Notes under the pieces: generated by a model
What the model saw: the letters and a program-made list of their open reading frames with translations, nothing else
What the model was told of the DNA's origin: nothing
Databases searched by the model: none
Shown here: positions 9,568 to 16,373 of the stretch, one piece after another
Numbering within the stretch: position 1 is the stretch's first letter
Layout of the letters: the number at the start of each line of letters is the position of its first letter
Assembly (NCBI GenBank): GCA_041489115.1
Contig: JBGPQQ010000001.1
Coordinates: 1-33,833, forward strand
Length of the DNA stretch: 33,833 bases
From: Vicinamibacteria bacterium
Lineage (GTDB): Bacteria; Acidobacteriota; Vicinamibacteria; Fen-336
Reading direction: 5' to 3'
Made by a program: the position numbers and the translations under genes

Positions 9568-10811
9568 GCTTCCCCGGCTGCGTGAGCGGGCTTCTCTGCG
9601 TGCGCTGCGGGCGGCGGTATCGGAGCCTCCTCGACGGGCCGTGCGCGGCCTGCGGGCCCGAGGGCGTCCTCGAGATCGAGTTCGACCTGGCGCGGGCGCG
9701 GCGCACGCTCACGCCGCGTGCGCTGCGGTCGCGGCCGCGGAACGCCTGGAGATACGAGGAGCTGCTGCCGGTGCCCGCCGGCGCGCGGCGCCCCCCCCTC
9801 GAGCCCGGCTGGACGCCGATCCTGGAGACCCCCCGACTCGCCGAGTGGGCCGGCGTGCGGCGGCTGCTCGTCAAGGACGAGGGCCGGAACCCCACCGCCT
9901 CCTTCAAGGACCGCGCGAGCGCGGTGGGTGTCGCCCGCGCTCTCTCCCGTCGCGCGCGGGTCGTGGCCTGCGCCTCCACCGGCAACGCGGCGACGTCTCT
10001 TGCCGGCGCTGCGGCGAGCGTCGGCCTGCCGTGCGTGATCTTCGTCCCGGAGTTCGCGCCGGAGCCCAAGGTGGCGCAGCTCCTCGTCTTCGGCGCGCGG
10101 GTCCTGCGCGTGCGAGGCAGCTACGACGCGACGTGGGAGCTCTGCCAGCGGGCGTGCGAGCGCTACGGCTGGTACAACCGCAACGCGGCCGTGAACCCGT
10201 CGCTCGTCGAGGGGAAGAAGACGGGCGGGCTGGAGATCGCCGAGCAGTGCGGCGAGGAGCCGCCGGACTGGGTGGCGGTATCGGTCGGCGACGGCTGCAC
10301 GATCGCCGGGATCGCGAAGGGCCTCGTCGAGATGAAGGCCCTCGGCTTCATCGCGCGGTTGCCGCGGATGCTCGGCGTCCAGGCCGCGGGCGCGCGGCCG
10401 CTGGTCGACGCCTTCGCCGCCGGCCGCGATCTCCTGCCCGGCCCGGCCGAGACGATCGCCGACAGCATCTGCGTCGGCCATCCGCGCAACTGGCGGAAGG
10501 CCCTGGCCGCGGTGCGAGCTTCGGGCGGGGCGTTCGTGGCCGTCCCGGACGAGGCCATCCTGGACGCGCAGCGCGAGACCGGGCGGCGGGCCGGCCTCTT
10601 CGGCGAGCCGGCGGCGGTGGCGGCCGTCGCCGGTCTCCGCCAGGCGGTGGCCGACGGGATCGTGAGCCGTCGGGCGTCGGCGCTCGCCGTCCTCACCGGC
10701 AGCGGGCTGAAGGACGTCCGCGCCGCGCTGCGCGCCGGGGGCGCGCCGGTGAGCCTTCCGGCCGACGACGCGGCCCTCGCGGATCACCTCCGCGAGCGGC
10801 CGCTCGCCTGA
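9564..10811 (+). CDS. Threonine-synthase-like PLP enzyme with N-terminal Zn-ribbon
   Basis: The N-terminus carries CVRCG...CAACG. The PLP-lysine motif is [11 protein letters not shown], and the loop is [13 protein letters not shown] at 9564 overlaps the upstream TGA (TTGA). An alternative GTG at 9582 exists. The track start at 9444 would overlap the upstream gene by 124 nt. Confidence 0.75.
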   Translation: MSFPGCVSGLLCVRCGRRYRSLLDGPCAACGPEGVLEIEFDLARARRTLTPRALRSRPRNAWRYEELLPVPAGARRPPLEPGWTPILETPRLAEWAGVRRLLVKDEGRNPTASFKDRASAVGVARALSRRARVVACASTGNAATSLAGAAASVGLPCVIFVPEFAPEPKVAQLLVFGARVLRVRGSYDATWELCQRACERYGWYNRNAAVNPSLVEGKKTGGLEIAEQCGEEPPDWVAVSVGDGCTIAGIAKGLVEMKALGFIARLPRMLGVQAAGARPLVDAFAAGRDLLPGPAETIADSICVGHPRNWRKALAAVRASGGAFVAVPDEAILDAQRETGRRAGLFGEPAAVAAVAGLRQAVADGIVSRRASALAVLTGSGLKDVRAALRAGGAPVSLPADDAALADHLRERPLA

Positions 10812-10818
10812 GGATGGC

Positions 10819-12108
10819 ATGCTGCTGAAGGACACGACGGTCGCGACGCTCGATCCGCCCCGCGTAGAGTGGGCTGACCTCCGGATCGAGGGAGAGCGGA
10901 TCGCCGACCGGGGCCCGGCGCTGACGCCCGCCCCGGGCGAAGAGGTCCTGGACCTCGAGGGCGCGCTCGTGCTGCCGGGCCTCGTCAACGCCCACACCCA
11001 CCTGTACAGCGCCCTGGCTCGGGGCATGCCTGGGCCGAAGGAACCCCCGCGCACCTTCGTCGAGATCTTGGAACGCGTCTGGTGGCGGCTGGACCGCGCG
11101 CTCGACGAGGAGTCGGTGTACCTGTCCGGGCTCGTCGGTGCCATCGAGGCCGCGCGCTCCGGGACGACGGTCCTTTTCGACCACCACGCCTCGCCCTCCT
11201 TCATCGGGGGATCGCTCGCGACGCTGCGGCGGGCCGTCGAGGAAGTGGGACTGCGCTCGGTACTCTGCTACGAGACGACGGACCGCAACGGTCTCGAGGG
11301 CCGCGACGCCGGGATCGAGGAGAACCGCGGCTTCCTGGCGGCGGGCCCCACGGCCCTCACCCGCGCGATGGTGGGCGGCCACGCGAGCTTCACGCTGTCG
11401 GACGAGAGCCTCGACCGCCTGGCCGGGGTTGTCCGGGACACTAACTCGAGCCTGCATGTCCACGTGGCCGAGGACCACGCCGACGTCGAGGACAGCCGGC
11501 AGCGGGGTGGCGCGGGCGTCGTCGAACGCTTGCGCCAGCACGGGCTCCTCGTCCGCCGGACCCTGCTCGTTCACGGCGTCCACCTTTCCGGGCCCGAGCT
11601 GCTGGAAGCGCAGGCGTCGGGCGCGTGGATGGTCCACTGTCCGCGCTCGAACATGAACAACGGCGTGGGCCACGCGCCGACGGTGGCCTTCCGGCGCGCG
11701 GCCCTGGGCACGGACGGCCTAGACGCGGACATGCTGGCCGAAGCGCGGGCCGCTTACCTGAAGATGCGCGACGCGGGCTGCGCCGACGCTCTCGACGCGG
11801 CCCTGGCCATGCTCGTCGGCGCGCACCGCCTCGCCGCCGCATTCTTCGGCGTTCCCCTGGGGACGCTGGAAAGAGGCGCTCCGGCCGACCTCGTCGTGCT
11901 CGACTACCGGCCGCCGACGCCGCTCGCGTCGGAGAACCTCGCCGGCCACCTGCTCTTCGGCCTCGACCGGAGCCACGTCCGCTCGACCATGGTGGCCGGC
12001 CGCTTCGTGCTCCGCGATCGGCGGGTCACGACGGTGGACGAGACGGCCGTCATCGCCCGGGCTCGCACGGCCGCCGCGGCTCTCTGGGAGCGGATGCAGC
12101 GGCTCTGA
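10819..12108 (+). CDS. ssnA: SsnA-family amidohydrolase (aminohydrolase/chlorohydrolase superfamily)
   Basis: Metal-binding motif VNAHTHLY. Long blocks match E. coli SsnA as I remember it: WWRLDRALDEES.Y.SGL, DHHASPS.IGGSL.TLR, ETTDRN and RSNMNN.VG. Confidence 0.75.
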   Translation: MLLKDTTVATLDPPRVEWADLRIEGERIADRGPALTPAPGEEVLDLEGALVLPGLVNAHTHLYSALARGMPGPKEPPRTFVEILERVWWRLDRALDEESVYLSGLVGAIEAARSGTTVLFDHHASPSFIGGSLATLRRAVEEVGLRSVLCYETTDRNGLEGRDAGIEENRGFLAAGPTALTRAMVGGHASFTLSDESLDRLAGVVRDTNSSLHVHVAEDHADVEDSRQRGGAGVVERLRQHGLLVRRTLLVHGVHLSGPELLEAQASGAWMVHCPRSNMNNGVGHAPTVAFRRAALGTDGLDADMLAEARAAYLKMRDAGCADALDAALAMLVGAHRLAAAFFGVPLGTLERGAPADLVVLDYRPPTPLASENLAGHLLFGLDRSHVRSTMVAGRFVLRDRRVTTVDETAVIARARTAAAALWERMQRL

Positions 12109-12123
12109 ACGCGGAGGTTCCGA

Positions 12124-13069
12124 TGCGCCATCGCACGATCGTCCTCGTGGGTCTCATCACGCTCGGGCTGGCATTAGCGGTGGATGCAGCCCCGGCGAGG
12201 GTGACCGCCTGGCCCGTGGACGCCCTGGTCAAGGTCTTCCCGGGGGATCGGGCGCCGACGCAGCCGCCACCCGCGCCGGAGCTCCGGGCGGCCCGGAACC
12301 AGCACGTCAGCCTGCAGAGGGTCGAGCGCTTCCTCGGCGGCTTCCTCCCGCCCTGAACCTCCACCTCGAGGAGAAGGGCTGGAAGCCGATCTACCTCCAG
12401 CACGTCCTCGACGAGCCGCACGGAAACGAGCCAGCCGCGTACGCGCGGGTCGCCGCGCTCGCGAAGAGACACCTGCCCGGCGTGCCTACGATCGACGCGA
12501 TCGACGCCCACGACGTGCCCGAGGCGCTGCGCGACGCGAGCGACGTCTGGGTCCCGCAGCTCGGCCGCTTCGACGAGCAGGTGGCGCTGCTGGCCGAGCG
12601 GCAGCGTGCCGGGAACGAGGTCTGGTACTACACCTGCCTCTTCCCGCGCGGCCGCTACATGAACCGCCTGATGGACCTCCCGCTCCTGAAAGCGCGGCTC
12701 CTCCACTGGCTCAACTACCGGTACTCGCTGACCGGGTTCCTGCACTGGGGCTGGAACTTCTGGACGCCGGAGCCGATGAAGGACACGCAGCCGGTGATCA
12801 ACATGAACCTGACGCTGCTGCCGTCGGGCGACGCGTTCATCGTCTACCCCGACCGCGCACGGCTCTCCGTCTTCCCGTCCATCCGGCTCGAGGCCATGCG
12901 CGCGGGAGTCGAGGACTACGAGATGCTGGTCGCCCTGGCCCGGCGCGACCGCGCCGCGGCCGACGCCCTCGCCCGCGAGGCCGTGGCCTCGTTCACCGAC
13001 TACGTCCGCGACCCGGCCGCCTTCCGCCGGATCGAGGCGAAGCTGATCGAGTCGCTGGCCGCCCGGTAG
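12124..13069 (+). pseudogene. Decayed DUF4091-family (glycoside-hydrolase-like) gene with internal deletion plus frameshift
   Basis: The N-terminal piece (12124-12356) has a signal peptide and WPVDALVKVFPGD...RAARNQHVSLQ, then stops. The C-terminal piece continues in another frame from ~12353 (LNLHLEEKGWKPIYLQHVLDEPHG...) to 13069. Together they give ~315 aa, against my recollection of ~550-600 aa for intact family members. Confidence 0.55.
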
Positions 13070-13155
13070 GAGGGGCTCAGGCCCTCGTCGCCGCGAGGCC
13101 GCTCGTGAACCGGGCCCCGACCTGCGCCCGCCGCGGGCAAGTCGAGATCTCCTCG

Positions 13156-13184
13156 TTGACCCCTGACCGGTGCGGGTGTAGCGT
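13156..13184 (+). promoter_or_regulatory. Candidate sigma70-type promoter for the OmpA-family gene
   Basis: TTGACC (13156-13161), a 17-nt spacer, then TAGCGT (13179-13184), about 30 nt upstream of the ATG at 13215. This rests on a sequence match only. Confidence 0.3.
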
Positions 13185-13214
13185 CGCGCACGAGGACCAC
13201 CAGGGGAGGTGGGC

Positions 13215-14087
13215 ATGAGGCTGGCGGTGATCGTGACACGGGTCTTCTCGGTTGCCTTCGTGTCCGCGGCACTGGTGGGCGCCGCTGCGGCACAGGAGCC
13301 GGGCGCCCCCGACGAGGAGGGCTGCAAGGACCTGCCCGTGCTGAGCCGGATGCCGGGCTGCAGCATCACCTCGTGCAGCGCCAAGGAGTACGACGCGGCC
13401 GAGGTGCAGGTGGGGGGCATGGATGACCAGAAGGGGGACTTCCAGAAGAAGTCCCTCGAAGGCCAGGTCGACGCAGTGACCTACATCTGCCCCGCGCGGC
13501 TGTCGCTGCTCCAGATCGGCCGCAACGCCGAGAACGCGCTGAAGACGGCGGGCTACACGGTCGTCTTCTCCGGGAAGAGCTGGAACGACAGCCCGATCGT
13601 CACGGTGCAGAAGGGCGTACGCTGGGTACAGGTGAAGGCGGAGCCGTGGAACGAGTTCACCAGCTACGAGCTCACCGCCGTGTCCGTCAAGGGCATGGCT
13701 CAGGAGATGGAGGCCACGGCCGAGCAGATGGCCGAGGAGATCGCGAGGACCGGCCACGTGGCCGTCTACGGGATCAACTTCGACACCGGCAGCGCGAAGG
13801 TCAAGCCCGCGTCCGACAAGGTCCTCGGCGAGATCGCGACGCTGCTCAAGAGGAACCCGGCCTGGAAGATGCGCGTGGAGGGCCACACCGACAACGTCGG
13901 GGCCAGGGCCACGAACCAGACGCTATCCGAGCAGCGCGCCGCGGCCGTGGTGGCCTGGCTGGCGAGCCACGGGATCGCCCCGGACCGGTTGGCGGCGCAG
14001 GGCTTCGGGGACGGCAAGCCGGTGGCGGACAACAAGACCGAGGATGGTCGGGGGAAGAACCGCCGCGTCGAGCTCGTGAAGCTGTAG
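13215..14087 (+). CDS. OmpA-family protein (N-terminal uncharacterised domain + C-terminal OmpA/peptidoglycan-binding domain)
   Basis: ATG at 13215 follows GGGGAGG, and a signal peptide ends in AAAAQEP. The C-terminus reads FDTGSAKV...VEGHTDNVG....N..LSEQRA..V...L...GI...RL...GFG...P.......GR..NRRVELV. Confidence 0.85.
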   Translation: MRLAVIVTRVFSVAFVSAALVGAAAAQEPGAPDEEGCKDLPVLSRMPGCSITSCSAKEYDAAEVQVGGMDDQKGDFQKKSLEGQVDAVTYICPARLSLLQIGRNAENALKTAGYTVVFSGKSWNDSPIVTVQKGVRWVQVKAEPWNEFTSYELTAVSVKGMAQEMEATAEQMAEEIARTGHVAVYGINFDTGSAKVKPASDKVLGEIATLLKRNPAWKMRVEGHTDNVGARATNQTLSEQRAAAVVAWLASHGIAPDRLAAQGFGDGKPVADNKTEDGRGKNRRVELVKL

Positions 14088-14115
14088 ATCGGGTCGCGGG
14101 CCGCCCGGCAGGAGA

Positions 14116-14343
14116 TCAGCCGCGCCAGGTCAGGAAGTCTGCCGGCCCGTCCGGCCGGGCACGGGCTTCGCGGATGCCCATCGCCACGAACAGCCCGGCG
14201 AGGATGGCCTGGGGCGGACGGCGGGCGTCGAGGCGCCCGATCGCGACCAGGATGCCGAAGAGGATGGCCTCCGGGCGCGGGGGGCAGCCGGGGATGCAGG
14301 AGCCCGCGTCGAGGTGGCGAAGGCGCAGCGACCGGCCGAGCAC
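14116..14343 (-). pseudogene. Remnant of a NuoB/HyfI-like hydrogenase small-subunit paralogue (internally deleted, C-terminal motif duplicated)
   Basis: LGRSLRLRHLDAGSC is joined directly to PGCPPRPEAILFGILVAIGRL and then to a second copy, PPQAILAGLFVAMGIREARARPDGP. The intact gene at 15408-16358 has LGRSLHVRQVDAGSCNGCE...(about 95 aa)...PGCPPPPQAILAGLFVAMGIREARARPDGP. Confidence 0.6.
14171..14217. repeat. 47-nt segment, 46/47 identical to 15493-15539 (3' end of the intact NuoB-like gene)
   Basis: Direct comparison: cggatgcccatcgcCacgaacagcccggcgaggatggcctggggcgg versus the same string with G at position 15. With one 1-nt indel, the similarity extends 8 nt further. Confidence 0.85.
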
Positions 14344-14356
14344 CCGGTGGGACCTG

Positions 14357-14895
14357 GGTGGCCATGAGCCGGACGAGCCGTTCGCGGAGCACGCCGGGTT
14401 GGCCGCAGGCGCCGACGATCACGGTCGGCCTGAGGGCACGAACGACAGCGCCGAGGTCCCGAGCCCCGCGGCCCAGGCCGCTGCTCTCCGCCAGCAGGCT
14501 GGGCCAGGCGAACGGGCGCTGGAAGTCCTCTACGGCGCTTCCCTCGACGAGGAGCCCCTGCCGGTCGACGAGGGCGACGGCGCGCCGCAGGCGGTCTCCC
14601 TCCAGACCGGCCTTCGGCCCCTCAGGCGGGGCTCCCGCCAACCGACGTACAGCTCGTCCTCGAGGAGGGAAGCGTCGTCGGTCCCGGCGTCCAGGCTGAT
14701 CGGCAGGGTCCCCGTGGGGTGGATCCCGGCCGCGGCCGTGTAGAGGGCGACCTTGCCGATCGCCATCGCCATCCCTCCGGCACCCTGGTCGCCCAGCCCG
14801 GAGACGCGCTGGTTGTCCGTCGCGACGACGAGGCGGATGTCCGGGCTGGGCGCGTTGGCCAGGACTTCCGCGACCCGCCCTCGATGGTCGGTCAT
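14357..14895 (-). pseudogene. Remnant of an NAD(P)-malic enzyme gene (lacks N-terminus and most of the NAD domain; internal frameshift near 14600-14617)
   Basis: Frame 1: IRLVVATDNQRVSGLGDQGAGGMAMAIGKVALYTAAAGIHP...LPISLDAGTDD..LLEDELYVGWREPRLRG, matching the malic enzyme core VTDG..ILGLGD.G..GM.I..GK..LY.. Frame 2 continues with ...RRAVALV...VEDFQRPFAWPSLL...GAVVRALRPTVIVGACGQPGV (EDF...A...L and the GAGxAG Rossmann start), after which homology ends. Confidence 0.6.
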
Positions 14896-15197
14896 CGGTC
14901 GCGGCGGGCGTCGCGCAGCGCGGCCTGGAACCGCACGGCCACGGCCTCGGGGTCGTGACGCTCCTCTCCGGTCAGCGTGAGGTACCACTCGAACGCGGGG
15001 CCGTCGATGCGGACCATCCAGCGCTCGGCGAGCCGCGAGCAGAGGATCTCGACCCTCCAGTCCCCGGCCATGTCCCGAAAGGCGTCCCGGATGGCCGTCT
15101 CCACGCCCTCCTTGCACGGCTCCCACGACGGGATCTCGCTTCGGATCTCGATGCTCGTCACCGGGGCTCCTTCAGGCAGAGGCATCACGCGGTTCAA
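14892..15197 (-). CDS. Hypothetical protein (about 97-101 aa)
   Basis: High GC3 and a non-repetitive, balanced composition (…WEPCKEGVETAIRDAFRDMAGDWRVEILCSRLAERWMVRIDGPAFEWYLTLTGEE…). Start options are TTG 15197, GTG 15188 and ATG 15185. I recognise no family. Confidence 0.4.
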   Translation of the reverse strand: MNRVMPLPEGAPVTSIEIRSEIPSWEPCKEGVETAIRDAFRDMAGDWRVEILCSRLAERWMVRIDGPAFEWYLTLTGEERHDPEAVAVRFQAALRDARRDR

Positions 15198-15359
15198 TCA
15201 CTCCCGCCATGTCACGAAGTACAACGGCCCCCTCGGGCTCGGTACGCAGTCGCGCAGCTCGAGCGTGTCGAGCCTCTCCGGGCGAGCGTGCGGGGTGAGC
15301 GACACCGTCCCCTCGCGCTCGAGCCGGAGCAGGCACTCGTCGAAGACGAGCCGCGACAC
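15198..15359 (-). CDS. Possible small ORF (53 aa from GTG) with coding-like codon bias, in the same frame as the upstream NuoB-like gene
   Basis: The frame is open from the TGA at 15408-15410 to the TGA at 15198-15200 and has high GC3 (…PPEVSRLVFDECLLRLEREGTVSLTPHARPERLDTLELRDCVPSPRGPLYFVTWRE). The only in-frame start candidate is GTG 15359, and its GGAGG is placed too close. Confidence 0.25.
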   Translation of the reverse strand: MSRLVFDECLLRLEREGTVSLTPHARPERLDTLELRDCVPSPRGPLYFVTWRE

Positions 15360-15407
15360 CTCCGGCGGCGGCTTCTGTTCGCTCCCTTGGCTCCATCGCG
15401 GCTGACC

Positions 15408-16358
15408 TCACTTCCCGGGGCCGGCCGGGCCCGCTTCCGCCCTGGCCGAGCCGGCGCCGGGGGCCGGTCCGTCGGGTCGAGCCCGCGCCTCCCGGATGCC
15501 CATCGCGACGAACAGCCCGGCGAGGATGGCCTGGGGCGGCGGCGGGCAGCCGGGGACGTAGATGTCGACCGGGATCACGCGGTCGACGCCGCCGCGCGAC
15601 GCGTACGTTCCCTCGCCGAAGAGGCCGCCGCTGCAGCCGCAGGCGCCCACCGCCACGACCACGCGGGGCTCGGGGGTCGCCTCCAGGGTCCGAAGGAGTG
15701 CGACCTCCATGTTCCGGGTGACGGGCCCCGTGACGAGCAGGAGATCCGCGTGCCGCGGGCTGGCCACGAAGTGGATCCCGAAGCGCTCGAGGTCGAAGAC
15801 GGGATTGGCCGTGGCAGCGATCTCGAGCTCGCAGCCGTTGCAGCTTCCCGCGTCCACCTGACGCACGTGAAGCGAGCGGCCGAGGCGGCCGCGGATCCGC
15901 GCCTTGAGGGCCTCGGCGGACTCGGCCAGCGAGGGCCCGGGCAGGCTCTCCTCCTGGCGGAACGTCGCGTGCCCCGTCGAATCGAGATCGAAGGAGGCAC
16001 GGCGGGTGAGCTGCTCGCGCGTGTACGTGGCGAGATCGAACTCGTTGCCGGCGGTCACCGCTCCCTCGGGGCACGCGGGGAGGCACTCGCGGCAGGAAAT
16101 GCACTGCCCGTAGGATAGGGACACGGTGCGGCTTGTCCTGAGTGAATACCCAGGGCTGGTCCTGGGCGAAGGCCCAGGGCGCGTCGGGTCCGTCTCACCG
16201 ACTTGGATCGCCCCCGTCGGGCAGGCGCGCGCGCAGTCCCCGCACGCGGTGCACCGCCGGAAGTCGATGACGGGGAAACCGAGGCGCAGCCGGGCCGCGA
16301 GTGGCCGCGGCTCGGTCACGATTCCGGTTCGCGCGCTGCGGGCCAGGATCCTGAACAT
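15408..16358 (-). CDS. Fused 2x[4Fe-4S] ferredoxin (HyfH/HycF/NuoI-like) + NuoB/HyfI/HycG-like small subunit
   Basis: ATG at 16358 follows GAGGAGGAG. The N-terminal half has CTACGDCARACP and CISCRECLPACP. The C-terminal half has GSCNGCE, VGACGCSGG and VPGCPP, so the NuoB-type cluster ligands are retained. Confidence 0.85.
   Translation of the reverse strand: MFRILARSARTGIVTEPRPLAARLRLGFPVIDFRRCTACGDCARACPTGAIQVGETDPTRPGPSPRTSPGYSLRTSRTVSLSYGQCISCRECLPACPEGAVTAGNEFDLATYTREQLTRRASFDLDSTGHATFRQEESLPGPSLAESAEALKARIRGRLGRSLHVRQVDAGSCNGCELEIAATANPVFDLERFGIHFVASPRHADLLLVTGPVTRNMEVALLRTLEATPEPRVVVAVGACGCSGGLFGEGTYASRGGVDRVIPVDIYVPGCPPPPQAILAGLFVAMGIREARARPDGPAPGAGSARAEAGPAGPGK
15493..15539. repeat. 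Partner of the 14171-14217 repeat, inside the intact NuoB-like gene
   Basis: 46/47 nt identical to 14171-14217. Confidence 0.85.
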
Positions 16359-16373
16359 CGCTCCTCCTCGCGC

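Noticed and set aside
13766-14641. A 291-aa ORF first looked like a group-3 hydrogenase small-subunit fragment (LVEGS..., VIVGACGQPG).
   Set aside because: On closer reading, VEDFQRPFAWPSLL and VIVGACGQPGV fit the malic enzyme EDF...A..L block and GAGxAG Rossmann start. They also continue the adjacent malic enzyme fragment. The remaining 3' part is antisense to the OmpA-family gene.
14530-15126. A 198-aa ORF could be an intact small malic-enzyme-like protein.
   Set aside because: Only residues 78-170 resemble malic enzyme. The N-terminal 77 aa are Arg/Gly-rich junk overlapping the 101-aa ORF. The homology continues in another frame, so this is better explained as a frameshifted fragment.
15408-15410. 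The TGA at the end of the NuoB-like gene could be a selenocysteine codon, given the selenium-linked gene families nearby.
   Set aside because: I found no obvious SECIS-like hairpin immediately downstream. The position follows a low-complexity Gly/Pro/Ala tail rather than a catalytic motif. No selA/selB/selD genes are in the window. I kept this only as the least likely option in one finding.
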